Shown: positions 1 to 13,029, numbered from the whole stretch's first letter. The stretch: 62,200 nt of DNA, filler included, from Choristocarpus tenellus KU-1152 (GCA_964200185.2; 10 parts of 10 records of this genome joined end to end with filler, not necessarily neighbours in it), one strand, 5' to 3'. Notes: generated from the sequence alone by a model not told the origin. Numbers and translations are program-made.

Positions 1-39
1 TTTCTGGAATGGTACAAATTGCATATTTTTCCCCCTTCT

Positions 40-222
40 GATCCAAAGTATCTGTGTGTGGGGGGGGGGGGTCTACACTAGGGTGTCCATTTGAATCAAA
101 ATCAGGAAAAGTGTATTTACATTATCCATCCGACGTATGCAACCAAATCACCCAAAGATCGCGACAACAAAAAATTGACCCTAAATGGACAGCCGCCATT
201 CCCCCCCCATATACTTTAAGCC
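40..222 (+). mobile_element. MITE family C (~180 bp), 4-bp TSD TTCT
   Basis: Runs GATCCAAAGTATCT...ATACTTTAAGCC and is flanked by TTCT at 36-39 and 223-226. Partial copies lie at 13133-13153, 47038-47106 and 62119-62200. Confidence 0.75.
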
Positions 223-2214
223 TTCTCAGATTCCTTATAATGCAATCCTGCCTACCTTTCAGTTGGTTTGACTCATAGCAGCTCAGAGTTTCTCGCTTCA
301 AGATTCTCAAACGAACAAGAACTAGAGAAAGCAGCACACACACACTGGAGGGAGAAGGAGGAACCGCCATGTCCTCCCTATTGAAAGGTCTGTGGATACG
401 TGTACAGAAGTTGCTGTTCCTGCTGGTGAGTGCTCTCTGGCTAGTTTTACTCTTCTCCTGCGATGATTTGGGACATTTAGTCCGTTGCCGTATCTCATTT
501 CACCACGTAGGGTAGAATAACTGATCCCGCAATTGTTCTCTCCCGAGCATCTGGACTGGCATCTCAACAAAGTGCGTTCCATCTGCCGGTTCAGCACTGA
601 CCGCCAACATAGTTCCCTGCCCTCCACTGTTTCGCAGAGGTGACTGCATCGCTAGTTGCTAGAGATAGCAACCAAACGTTTGTGGATCCGTCCAAGAGGA
701 CTCCTTGGTTCTCCTCTCTGCCTGTGGCACGGCCATCAAGCCCACCAGGAGGATCTGCACCTGGTGTCCATCTCTTTTTTTTTCAGTCAGTCAGCTTCCT
801 TTCTCCTGTGGTCAAGACATGTTTCTTCGAATTCCTTGCTCTCCTTTCCAGATATCTACACTCGGTAGTGAAGTGCTTCAAACATTGATCTTCTTAGGAT
901 AGTTCCCCTACACAATATTTTTTGCTTTTGTGGAAATTTTTCCCACTTACTAATTTACAATATCATCAAACCTTTTTGGGGGTCATGTACGAGATTTCCA
1001 GGGCTTTTTATTGGGCCGGAAAATTAGAATGGTCCCGTCCACTGACCGGACCCAATCCCACACATATTTGGTATGTCCTGGTCTATGTCCACAAGGTTTT
1101 GAACTGGTCCATATCCCCCGGTTGGACCAGGTCAAAAATTTCTAACTTGTCCAAAACATGTCCACTGGGTATTGTACCGATCCATATCCGCCAGCCAGGC
1201 TAGATCTAGAGTAGCTAACATGTCCGGGGCATGTCCACTAGGAAATTGTACCCGTTCGTGTCCACCAGCCAGCCAGTCCAACTTTTTTTTGGCAAGTCTG
1301 GAACATATGCACCACGTGTTGTAATCCAACAACAAAAAATTTGCACATGTAACGTTAAGTCATACTCCAGTATGTGCATATAGATTGAACTCTTTCGAAC
1401 CATCTCTGGATTTTCTTGGTTCGAAATCATGAGGAACAAGTTTCATTGTCTCTTTTCTTTTGGGTGGATGATTATTCTTGCATTCCGCTCTCCTTTGTGT
1501 GATAAGAGATGGTCGGTGTTTGGATTGGATGGAGTGGGTGTCACACTGAATTCTTCTTTTCCACTTTCTCTCATAGGACCTCCTGGAAATTATCGCGAGG
1601 TTGATACCCTGTCCCAGGTAATTGGTGCTACTGCTTTATGGCTGGGTATTCTTGACTGCCCTCCTCAGCTACATAGAGTTCTCCCTCCCTCTCTCTATCT
1701 CCCTCTCCCTCAACCATTCTCATTTATGTATTAGCGTATTGATACTTGCATATTGTATTTTCTCAAGCATTATGATATTGCCTTTTCCTCCAACTACCTT
1801 TCAGACTCAGGTTTTGGAACCCCTCAGACTAACGTGAAAGGCAGGAAAGATAATGATGATACGAATAACAATAGTTAATTTTACTGGGGCATAGCAGTAT
1901 ATAGGTTACATTGTCTGAAAAAACTTTTTAAGGGGACATTGTTGTATTTTTTGTTTTCAAATAGTAAATTATATATTTTTTTCGAGGCATGTCTTGGCAT
2001 TGATGACCACCGTTGTATTTACAACAGTTCTTATATTATAGTATACCTTGTATTTTCCCTGACACACCCGCAAAATGTCAGGGGGAATTACAATAAAATT
2101 TACTCCGAGTGGTTATGATACGATACTTTGAAGAAATAGTTACGGACGATAGTAAAACAGTAATATCAGTTAATAATAGTGGTAAGAATACATAATCTGA
2201 TGATCGTCTAAAAC

Positions 2215-3080
2215 CCTCAGGGCACTGGTCCTCTGACATGATGCTGCACCATCGCCTCTCTCTGCCACTGATGATGGTGGTGAGACCAACACCCCTTGGC
2301 TAGATGGTGCTGATGTGTGGCAATGTGAATATACCCTACGCTTTTTGTGGTGCAACAGTACTGCCTCTCTCCGCCACTGTTGATGTGGGTGGCGAGATGA
2401 GCACTCAGTTGTTTTTTTTCCGAGATAACGCTATGCCACCGCCTCTCTCCGCCTCTGGAGATGTTGATAGTAAGATTGACACCCCATGGCACGGTGGCGC
2501 TGATGTCTGAGGAAATGAGAACACCCTGTGATTTTGAGGTGCAGCAGCACCTCCTCTCTCCTCCTCTGGTGATGATGTGGGTGGCATGATGAGCACCCTG
2601 TCCGTTTGTGATGATGCTGATGTCTTTGGCAATATTAATATCCTACGACATTTTGGAGCAGCAGCACCGCCTCTCTCTTTCACCAGTGATGTGGATGGCG
2701 TGATTAGCACCCTGTCCCTTTGTCATGGCACTGATGTCTTTGGCACTACGAATACCCTGTGCTGTTGTAGCGCAGCCGTACCAGCTCTCTCTGCCACTGG
2801 TGTTGTGAGTGTGGCGAGATGAGTATCCCATTCCTTTGTCATGACACTGTACCACCGCCTCTCCAACTCTGGAGATGTTGGTGGCGAGATGAACATCCCG
2901 TGGCTAGATGATGATGATGTGTGGCACAATTTGATATCCTACGCGTTTGTGGTGCAGCAGCCCCGCCTCTCTCCTCCACTGGTGATGTGGGTAACGAGAT
3001 GATAACTCTGTGGCTCTTACTCTGTGATGATGCTGCAGCATTGCCACCTCTCTCTGACACAGGTGATGAGGGTGGAGAAA
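2215..3080. repeat. Degenerate tandem array, ~120-bp unit, ~7 copies
   Basis: GCAGCAGCACCGCCTCTCTC...TGATGTGGGTGGCGAGATGAGCACCCTG-like blocks recur at roughly 120-bp spacing. Confidence 0.8.
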
Positions 3081-3153
3081 TAAGTTTGGATTGTTCTTTG
3101 TAATTCTGGGGGGAGGAGCGAGGAAGACCCAGACTCAACTTACTTGGGCCTCG

Positions 3154-4060
3154 TGTTACAAGCGAATAGCACAAGTATTTCTTCTCGTACTCTAACGAGT
3201 GTGAGCAGTAATCGCACGCGTGGAACCCCAAAAGGGGGAACTCCGATTGCTAAAAGTTGAAAGTAAGATCTGCTACTTAATAATAAAACAGTTTTCACCT
3301 GTATTATGGCATCTGTAAACTCGAAATGGATGATCGTCAGTGACTTCCACCAGGCACTTCTTGTACTCCATGTAAGGTTACACTGAAATAAAGTATACCT
3401 TCGTCTGCTGTCCAGGCACCAGCGCCATCTATAGGCACGTGGTTTGTTATGTGTGTGTGTGTCACGTTGTTCTTTTTGTTCCTTCAGGCCCACAGACATG
3501 TCTGGCTCACAGAGTGCACAGGGAATCGAAGTCTTTCCTAATCCACAGGTTTCGCTGGGAATCAGTGATTAGGAGAGGTTCCAGCCCAGGGCCACACCTC
3601 GCGAGATTCCCTGCAGCAGCAATGTCGGCTCAACACATTCTTGCATCGCGTCCATTCAGCGATAACTTAACCCCGTTCTGCATCGAGGCCCTCCAACAAC
3701 TCTTGTCTGACTCTCTTAGGACACACAGCAATCTTCTGAGCGACTCCTGTACAATCGAGGTCCCAAGCCTCGCAGGGCAGCTCTTACAGGTTCCTCGAGA
3801 CGACATATCAGCAACCAAGTGGGTCCACATTTTGGTAAGAGAAGGCACCCTTAAATATAGACAGTCGAAAAACGCAGTAAAGGTTGCCATGATTTGTTTG
3901 AAGACAGGTAGAGTCGTGGAAGGCCGCGGCCAATCGCCTAGTTTTCCACTATCGAGCGTATACCATGGACTCGCGGATGCCTCATGTATATGAACCTCCT
4001 TTCTTTTGGAGATACAAAGAGGTGAAGATCAATTCATTGATTTGTGTGAACGAGCCCTCT
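3154..4060. mobile_element. Internally deleted copy of the TGTTACA-terminated element plus its adjacent degenerate coding region
   Basis: The left end TGTTACAAGCGAATAGC matches 12585, 20316 and 51499. Segment 3540-4060 is homologous to 21245-21770. Confidence 0.6.
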
Positions 4061-4074
4061 CAATTCTCCTGCCC

Positions 4075-4275
4075 AATGTCCTAGACCAAATCAGAGTCTA
4101 GAGTAAGGCATTTTCATTTCGAAAATACATTAGAAGCCACATTCGCCCACTAGCAATTTCAAAGAACTATTCTCCTCCCTAATGTCTAAGATCAAATTGC
4201 AGTTTAGAGTATGGCATTTTCATTTCACAAAGAAATCAGAAGCGAAAATTCGCCCACTAGCAATTTCGAAGAAAT
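4075..4275. repeat. Direct tandem duplication of ~105 bp
   Basis: AATGTC...GGCATTTTCATTTC...ATTCGCCCACTAGCAATTTC occurs twice in a row. Confidence 0.8.
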
Positions 4276-5039
4276 AATCCTTTGGGGGACGAAATGGTGA
4301 ACCACCAAATTAAAGCAGAGTGAAGTCCGGATCTTTCACACCTCAGTCGTGGTGTTTTGTGGAAAGAAGGTGAAGTGTGTCGAGGTTGCGGTCGGGCCAG
4401 GTGTCTGTCCATGACTTTGATAGTTCAGCAATCAAAGGATGTGAAGGAGAAGACTTGTGTGAGTATCCCTGCGGATAAAGCATGTGCAAGGTAATTCGCG
4501 TTTCTCAACACAACATATTATGTTATTCATTGCACACTATGGTACATCAATGTCCCAAGTATGCTATCTGAAAGAGATGAATGCACGTTCTCTGAGGAGC
4601 GTGTCCTTACATAGCAACGAAGATGTGACACGATAGGACACGCATATGCCATCGCACGGTAATGGTTGTGGATCTATGATGGAAGCAACAACTTCTGTTG
4701 TAAGTCATGCATGCAATTTTAATTCAAATGTTAAAGTTCTATGACCCGAAATAGTTCGTCACAAAGAGCCCTAAACATAACATTTTTTTAAGACAGAATT
4801 TTAGGACAAGGATAGTAATGTAGACAAGATGTAAAAAAAAAGTGAGCACACATCTGTCTAAATAATGTTAGAAAAATCACAAACCAAGTATAATGCATGA
4901 AGAAGCACCCCCACACCCAAAATGTAAAAATTCTTGAGCACAAGATCTCGATGGAAATATTTAAAAGATGAATGAAGGAAAACACCACACATGAGTACAA
5001 TTGTGGATTAGGGCCTATCTGACACTATTCCCTTTTCTG

Positions 5040-5560
5040 TTTCATTGTTATTCGAGACTTGTCCAGAACCAGGCCTAATTAGGAGCGTCCTGCTCTGTAC
5101 TGTAGCGTTGTACAACAAGCTGGACATTCCGCAACTCGTCATTCTCTCATTTGACCTCATAAGGGATAGCCGACTTGCTTCTCTCCCACCCTCAACATGT
5201 GCCGGGCCTGGTATCTGATCGCAGTGCGTCTCATCAACTGGTCGTCCCACCGAAAGTACAATGCCCTGTCCTTAGCTCTGTCATGAAGGATTCCACTCTC
5301 ATCCAACTTTGGCACAACCCTCAGTGCCGGTTCTAGGAGGATGTACCCCTTGATGTCCTTCTTTCCTCCCTACGCTTCGCCCAATATTCCATCAGCATGT
5401 GGTATCGGATGCTGAGCGCAGATGCTAGTTGATTGCGCTCCATCTTCTCATTCTCTCGTATCTGCTCAACCCCCTCCTCAATCCCTTCCTCTGTTATGTA
5501 CGACCTCAGCCCAGGTAGTATGGAATTCTCGCCCTCCTCTCCCTCATAAACGGAGCAAAC
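5040..5560 (-). pseudogene. Degenerate ORF, inverted paralog of 6200-6710 (probably TE-derived)
   Basis: EEGIEEGVEQIRENEK and PYEVK*ENDELRNVQLVVQRYSTEQDAPN*AWFWTS align with the + strand ORF at 6250-6709. Confidence 0.55.
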
Positions 5561-5564
5561 ATGA

Positions 5565-5735
5565 GAGTGAAAGTATCTTCGAGGGTACGAGTTTTGCCCT
5601 GTTTGTCCATTTAGGGCTTGACTTCCCATGGNNNNNNNNNNCCAACCAACACAATAGCCAAGACTACATCAAAATCACAACATTGGATTTTGACCCCAAA
5701 TGGACGAGGCCGTACCCTCTAAGATACTTTGACTC
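5565..5735 (-). mobile_element. MITE family A, two ends spanning a 10-N gap
   Basis: Ends are GAGTGAAAGTATCTTCGAGGGTAC and GTACCCTCTAAGATACTTTGACTC. The flanks ATGA and TGAG do not match, so these are probably two copies joined by scaffolding. Confidence 0.8.
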
Positions 5736-6199
5736 TGAGCTCCGGATTCATCCACTTCTACATCACAGAATTCCCCCCACATGATAGATCCCCACTCCCA
5801 CATAGGATGAAATTGGTGCCCCGCCCAAACTTGGCATCAGATGTGTTCCCACACGTGGTGATGCAGGACGCACAACCGGGTCCCTGCGTCGTGCCACTTC
5901 AGGCTATCATTATCCCAGACTTCACAGATATTGACCTCAACCACCTGGACAACACATTCACGATCCTGCCTGGTAATACCAGAGTTTCACCTCAGAATCC
6001 AACCAGCAATCCCTCGGTGGGATACCTGCTCGCTTCTCTAGGCAACTCAGACTTGGGGACTACACATCCAGCGCCAGGTTCGGTCGAGGAACCAGCTTCA
6101 TCCTACGCGCGAGTGGGGGGCCATCGTACAGGGGGAGGTCAGTGATGTTCACATAGATGGTTCAGGGGCGTACATTTACTCAGTGTCCAACCTCCCCGG

Positions 6200-6710
6200 A
6201 CGATGGCGAAAAATCTTTGCCCTCTCAACTGGGGTCGTAAAAGACAGAGGACGAGATCGAGGAGGGTGTCAACCAACTTCGAGAGAAGAACAAGAGGGAC
6301 AGTGGCAAGGCTGCTGCCCTGTGTGTCAGACAATGCCGTCGGTTGATTGTTGACTGCCAGTGGAAGTGTGTAGAGACATGGACAAGGATACAGAGAAATA
6401 TATACTCAATGAACCAACACTGAGTTATTTGTGCCAGATTTAGATGAGGGAGAAGCACTCAAGGCCAGAGCCAAGGGCAGGGGACTATACTTCAGATGGA
6501 ACGATCAGTGGATGCGAGAGACTGTGAACAAGTACCAGCCCCACTACACGGTGAAAGTTAGAGAGAAGCGAGTCAGCTACCTCTACGAGGTTAAATGGGA
6601 GAATGGCGACTTGGGAAATATCCAGCTTCTTGTCCAACACTACAGTATTGATCAAGACGCTACTACACGGGCATGGTTCTGGACAAGTCCTACACTGCCA
6701 CCATACTGAC
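6200..6710 (+). pseudogene. Degenerate ORF of unknown family (probably TE-derived)
   Basis: Encodes EDEIEEGVNQLREKNK...YLYEVKWENGDLGNIQLLVQHYSIDQDATTRAWFWTS. It has an inverted homolog at 5040-5560. Confidence 0.5.
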
Positions 6711-7298
6711 GAGAGACACGACTTCGAGGAGCAACATGGGCCAATTTCTGTTCGTGAGTCACCCTCTACTTTGCCAGTCCGACACATGCCTCGACAGACA
6801 TGTTATGATGGATAGATCGGACGTTCTCTAAATCAACGGACCTATGCATTTGGTATATTGAATTTATTATCTTCCCGAAGAGTTTGTGTTTATGTGTCCT
6901 CATACGTTTATTGTTCCGGTGGCAACCTAGATTTCATCTCTATCAGTGCGTTCTGCCACCATCCTCTAATACTTTTACTGCCATGCCCCAATCCTTTTCC
7001 CTCCCCTTTTTGCGTTGATCGGACCACAGAGCAATTGACAGAAACCTTACTAGAAATCCGTTGACGCACAAGCATCTCGTACTCCACACCACCATCTTCA
7101 GCACAAGTCGAGATTTCCACAACAGATGACCTCTCTTCCACCCCCAAACCAAGCGGCGGCAACCATGCCGGCTCCAAACTTTGAATCCAACGGGGCAAGT
7201 TCCCTGAGCCATAATAACATAGTCTACACCCACTCAAGCGCCAAGCGTAGTTCCTAAAGGAAATTTAGTCCAAAATACATCATAAGAGGACGGTGGGT

Positions 7299-7437
7299 GG
7301 GTCAAAGTATCTGAGGGGGAGTAGCGGTTTGTGAGGGGGCGTCCGTTTCCGCCATCGCTCTGATTTTTAAGCAATTAATCCGGACGGAAACGGACGCCCC
7401 CTCATAAACCACCCCTCCCCTCCAGATACTTTGACCC
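7299..7437. mobile_element. MITE family B (~140 bp, nearly fully palindromic)
   Basis: GGGTCAAAGTATCTG...GGGGGCGTCCGTTTCCG pairs with CGGAAACGGACGCCCCC...CAGATACTTTGACCC. A partial copy lies at 25440-25504. Confidence 0.85.
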
Positions 7438-8800
7438 GCTGGTCAGAAGAGGGAATGCATGGGGAAGGAAAGGAAGGGAAAAATAAGGGAAAGGCAAACA
7501 AGGAATACTTACAAGTTAATAATAATAATCCAGAATTCGTGAGCGAAACAAACTGGTCTTTAATGGAAAAAGTACATCCCGATGCTTCTCTATTGTGTGT
7601 ATCTACTTGTAAAAATATTTTCTTGAGACATATTAAAACCTGAATCGAATGCATCGTGTTTCTGAGCAAAATGCGTAGTCTATGTTGCGAGGAGAAATCA
7701 TAGTGCTGCAAAGCACTGATGAGTAAATTGCGTAGACTGTATTGTGAAGAGATGTGATTGTGCTGCAAAGCACCGATGTATTTATTCTGTTGTAACTGAG
7801 TTCACTGACCTCTCAGTCAAGAATCATGTGATGTGAATACAGTGTTCTTTCATGAGATACTCAACGAAAGAAGTCCATACTCTGTGGAGAAGCTTGTTAC
7901 CTTAGTGGACAAGGGTTTCGGTGGATGGTTTAACTCTGAATATGTAACATCCAGGTGTGCATTACTAGGTACACTTATTGTAGAGTGAGATTGGTGCATT
8001 ATGAGGGGTCAATGACAACCAAGAAGGAGATAAATAATAAACAACTAACGTACAACTATCAACTTCTGGTACAAAGAAGAAGAACTAGAGAGAAAACAAA
8101 AAATGGAAAACAACAGAACAACAGAACAAGCTTGAATCCATATGTGATGCAACTCAAGTGACGCATACTATTCCTGTGTGTAGAATGGAGAGAGACTGTT
8201 ATGTACTGCGGTGTCGTGACCGTAATTGATGTGCTGATGATGAAGTAGTGACAGTAACGACCAGTGCGTAACGGACCAATCAATAGTCAGTATTAACTGG
8301 TAGAGCTGTATCGTATCAAGGAAAAACAGATGAGTAGCCTATGTTTTGACACCTTCTCCCAACTGAAGAAGTGTCACACTGTTGAAGGAGTGTGACGTAC
8401 GGCTACGAGCAAAAAAATATAGAAAATGTTGAACGAAAGAGAAGACAGTTCAAAAAAGAGGAGAACTACACAAGAATGAAAGAGATGGAAAGTTGAATCC
8501 AAGAATAAGAGAACCCCATGTCGGTGTTGGCTGGTTGTACTTGAATTCTTTTCTTTGTCTGGAATTACAAGCTCTAGAGAATCTACTGATATGATATCTC
8601 CGTTTTTTTCTATCCTTTCGTGGGTTGCTTGAATCTGGCATAGGATTATGTTCTTGTCCGTTTTGCCCCTAGTACTTGAAGGAAGAAAAAAAACAAAAAA
8701 CATATCGGAATGTTTCTAGTGAATATAGTGCTGCAGTCGCCTCTAAGATCAGACTGATCTTGATTTTTTTGAAACGGTTGCCCAGCGAGTTAATCAACGT

Positions 8801-9016
8801 TCAGTATATCGAATGAAAGCTCTTGATCTAAGCTATCGTTTTCCACAAAGAAATTCTTCCGTAAAAATATTTTGGTAATGTTAAATTTTAACCGAATATT
8901 TCGCACAACCTTGAAAAAGTTTAGGAATACATCATCATGACCAAAAATATTTTTGTCGAATTTCTTTGCGGAAATCGATGGCTTAGATCAAGAGCCGCGT
9001 TCATTCGATATGCTGA
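8801..9016. repeat. Imperfect inverted repeat with ~80-bp arms (foldback, MITE-like)
   Basis: TCAGTATATCGAATGAAAGCTCTTGATCTAAGC...AAAGAAATTC is matched by GAATTTCTTTG...GCTTAGATCAAGAGC...TTCATTCGATATGCTGA. Confidence 0.8.
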
Positions 9017-9165
9017 TGTGTCAGGGGGGAAGCAAATGAAAACTATACACATGTCAGTAAAAGCCCTCAGGAAATAAAATATCATCCGTGTGAAAATACT
9101 ATAAAGCACTATTAATGTGAAAAGCGCTAATCTAATTATTACTTCACCACTATGAATATTGTACT

Positions 9166-9437
9166 GAGTCAAAGTATCTTAGAGGGTACAGCCGCTTCCA
9201 TTTGGGGACCAAACTCCGATGTTGCGATTATTATGTAATTTCAGCTATCATAGTAATCTAGAAAGTGTCAATATCCTTGTTTCCGAAACACCTTTTCATA
9301 ATGTATGCATTTTACATATACATATATATATTCCGAAATATTTTGGAGTAGGAAAGTGTCATAAAAAAAAACGAGGGAAGCCAAGCCCCAAATGGACAAA
9401 CAGGGCAAAACTTGTACCCACTAAGATACTTTCACTC
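9166..9437 (+). mobile_element. MITE family A, full length, 4-bp TSD TACT
   Basis: The ~24-bp TIRs are GAGTCAAAGTATCTTAGAGGGTAC and GTACCCACTAAGATACTTTCACTC. TACT lies at 9162-9165 and 9438-9441. Confidence 0.92.
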
Positions 9438-9441
9438 TACT

Positions 9442-11800
9442 ACTGTCTTCCTGTGCTTCCAATCGACCTACTCCTGCGCCCCAGGGGCAGGAGCTAGGGT
9501 GGCCTCCCAAGAATCTAATAAACCCCTCCGTGCCCATCTCCCTGGTAACTCAAAACGCATGACACGTTTAGACAGTGCCACTTGCGTAGTCACCGAGACA
9601 ATTTGGCGTAGCCGGGATTTGACTTCCTTTTCTGCTAAAATCCTCCAGTTCCTCTCCTCCCCACCATGTGAGTAGCCAGCTCATCCAGGAAGCACTCCAC
9701 TTGCTTGCTGAGTTGCCCAAAAATTTCCACCGCAAAGATGTTAAGATTAGAACTACGAGGATCAAAGGAGCCCTCGTAGTGGGTGCGCCTACGCGCCTTG
9801 GCTGCAGCAGCACCTACACCATTGCTGGTGGATGGGTAGGTTACGTGGGAGGTTACCTGTACCTCTGCGAAGGTGACGTCTAGCAGAAGACCTTTGTCTC
9901 TGTAGGGAGCTGTTCTGGCGTTCCCTACTGCCCCTGCGTGAAACACCAGATCCACGCGGAGATTCCTGTCCACTGTGAAAGGGCTACCGTCCTCCGTAGT
10001 GCAAGGGATGTCAATCCCCTTGAATAGTTGGTGCAGGCGTTTTACCATTGGAGTGTTCTGTAGTACCTGTCCCCCTGCCCTGAGGCAGGTATGGGTGTGT
10101 CTAGTATCGACATTTTGCCTCCTACACCCCGCCACTGGGCACCTGTTGGATAGGGTCTCCTCCCTCCCTAGTGATCTGCTGACTGTGAGGTTGAATTCCA
10201 GAGGGAGGATCTGACATGCTGGTTCCAGAGGTTGAGTCGAGGCCCACGCGTTTGCCCCTTGTTCACACTGGCTCCAGTGGCGCGCTAGGGCTAATGAGGA
10301 GCTTTCCCTCCCATGGTGTGCCTCATTTGGAAGGCCGGCCAGTTGTGTCCTGAAGGAGTCAAAACGAATCTTGTTCAGGAGGCGTGAGATCTCGTGTTGA
10401 GGCCTCCTTGTGATCCTGGCGTCATGGGCAGCTAGGGTATGCACCTCTGAGGCAGGCGCAGGGAATGTTGTCCCCCCCCAGGTTACCCAGTCTTAGCCAA
10501 TGATTTCGGCAAGGTCTTCTGGGGGGACACCTGTGGCTAGGAGGGAGTGAATGGGTGCTCCTAAGACCTGAATGGTGCGGCTCGTGCAGATAGCTTTTGA
10601 GAAGGGCTCACCATGAGGCCCTTGCTGCCTTGCGAGGAGGGTGCGGAGAGTAGCTACCAGTGATCCTACGAAAGCCGCATATTGGCGGTGTTCCGTAGAG
10701 GAGAGGCCCAGACCCTCCGCACTTGTAGGCATTTATGCTTGTAGTTGTTGGTGGGTCTCTAGGCGAAGAGACCCATGGTTACACCCTCCCTCGAAGAAAT
10801 CCGCCGCCTCAGTCGAGTCGGCCATCTCCATTATCCTCTCTAGTGTCCATAAGGAGGTGTTATCTGCTTTCTCCATGGTGGAGTGTGCCAGGAGGGGAGG
10901 AGTGACCCTCACAAGGTAGCCTAGCCGGGGGGAGAGGGACCAGGAGTTGAGGAGCCAGGCCACCTGCTTGTCCTCCATCTCGCTAAGGTGTGTGGCCAAA
11001 GCTCGTGTCCCAGAGCTCTCGATCATCTCCGCCATGTGAGCTCGAATAAAACCATCTGTTCCCATCGAAGCCCCTAGAGTGACAAAACCGTTGGGTTTTG
11101 GGGCTAGGTTGATTCCCGCTGTAGAGAGAAGTTCAAGTTCCGAGGGCATGGGGTGGTGACCCTGGGGAGGTGTGGCAAAGGTCTTGTCCATGTTTAGGTC
11201 AATGCCTACCTCATGTAGGTTAGTTTTTACCTACTCGAAAGCAGATATGGTGGTAGGGTTGACCCCCCTTGCAGATATGGACGTGTCATCCAGATAGCTC
11301 CGGGAGGAAATCCCTTGGTGTCCAAAGACTGGTTGGACCTGTTGCAAGGCCTTGTGTGTTGCCATGCAATATAAGAGAGGGCCCAGTGGGTCTCTCTGTT
11401 GGGTCCCAGATCTTGATGGTAGAGAATCTTCGTCCCTCCCTCATCTAGGGGGAAAAGAAGATTTCTGGTGTTCCCATGTACCTTAGAAACATAAGGAGGG
11501 AGTCCTGGTAGGGTCACTGGGAGGGCCTAGTTGAAAGCTAAGCGACATACGCTGTTGAAAGCATTCCTTCCGTCCAAACTGATGGCCCATTCCCCACACT
11601 CATTCCTTAGGCAGATATCCAGGAGTGTATATTCTATGCCATTTGGGAACCCGACGCCAAATTGTCCTACTACCCCCAAAATTTCTCTTCGTAGGGGCGC
11701 CAGTCTGTGCAGAAAGCTGAAGCACATTCCCTCCTAAGAAAAGACCCGCAGGCAACCGAGCGACACTTCTCCCCAATTGAGGACAGTCTGGAGTTGGTAT
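9442..11800 (-). mobile_element. Degenerate non-LTR retrotransposon, CRE-like clade (RT plus C-terminal restriction-like endonuclease), 5'-truncated and frameshifted
   Basis: RT motifs: IGEKCRSV, QFGVGFPNG, LDGRNAFNSVCR, GTQQRDPLGP, SYLDD. Zinc knuckle: CPVAGC..H..C. RLE motifs: RVDLV...LLDVT...K..HY...FAVEIFG. Confidence 0.85.
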
Positions 11801-12195
11801 GGAGTGTCCAGAACTGTAGGGGTAGAGAGTCTGGCGAGGGGTAGGTAAGAAATAATAATAACGTAATGAGGTGTAGTTGAAATCTGTGCAATATAGGCTA
11901 GGGTACAACAGATCTATTGACTGAGTAGAGTAAGGGTTAAGGGTTTGACTTGGTGTGCTCGGAGTCATAGGTCCGAGTCTCGATGGATTGATGCCTTATT
12001 TTGTTCAATATAAGTGGCTGACGTAGTGCGACTGACACAGACACATTTTGTGACGTGTCTGATGACGTGCGCAATAGATTATAATGTAAGGAAGAGCACC
12101 CCACCACCAAGNNNNNNNNNNACTCCGCTAATAAATAAATCCATACAACTTAAAGCAAAGACTTTATTGGAAGAGTTCTCTTTTGCATAAAATTT

Positions 12196-12394
12196 TCCGA
12201 TTTTGATGTAATTTTGGCATCGAGTTTGTTAGAAAGTGTCAATATCCTTGTACCGGACACACCTTTTAATAACGTGCATTTGACCTACTCCGAAACATTT
12301 CGGAGTAAGAAAATGTCATTAAAAAAACGTGGGAAGCCAAGTCCCAAATGGGAAAACAGGGCAAAACTCGTACCCTCTAAGATACTTTTCACTC
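12196..12394 (+). mobile_element. MITE family A, right part
   Basis: Internal sequence and right TIR GTACCCTCTAAGATACTTTTCACTC match the 9166 copy. Confidence 0.85.
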
Positions 12395-12584
12395 CCATCT
12401 CTATCTGTTCCTCGACTTTCCTCTGTAGGGTCAAGTATCTCCACCTAGCAAAATTCTCGATCGCCTCCCTGTTCCTCCCCACCTTATGTTTTTTGTGGAT
12501 AGTGCTTGGGTATCTCATGATCATGTTTCAAGCAGTTGAGCACTTGTGACTGGAATAGTATGCTCTGATATTTCATTGCCCATC

Positions 12585-13029
12585 TGTTACAGGTGAATAG
12601 CGCGAGTATTTCTTCCCGCGCTCTAATAAGTGTGAGCAGTATACACGTATGGGAAACCTTATAAAGAAGAGCTTCGATTTGCTAAAAGCTGCAGAGTAAG
12701 ATCTGTATCTCGGGAATGTATGCAACGGTTTCCAGATGTATATTCCAACGTCTATAAACCAGAACAGATATATGGTAGGTGATAATAAAAGAAATAAGAG
12801 AATGATGCATGAACAGTGCCCAACCTTTTCACTTTTTTCGTCTTTGATACCATTCTTATACATGGTTATTGATTGAGAAGAGTACCTATATCTGCTGACC
12901 TGACGTGCATTGGACCTGTTGACCGTTGGAATATCCTGGGAGGCTTGTACGAACATCAGCGCCATCTATAGGCCTGCAGATTGGAGCTACACATCCCGTG
13001 GAGGTAAGCTTTTGGAGCGTGTTGTAATA
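12585..13029 (+). mobile_element. TGTTACA...TGTAA(T/C)A element (solo LTR or non-autonomous Ginger-like), 4-bp TSD CATC
   Basis: Has TG...CA-type inverted termini, with CATC at 12581-12584 and 13030-13033. Homologous ends occur at 3154, 20316-20866, 22041-22108, 43925-44294, 44460-44545, 46834-46937 and 51499. Confidence 0.75.
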
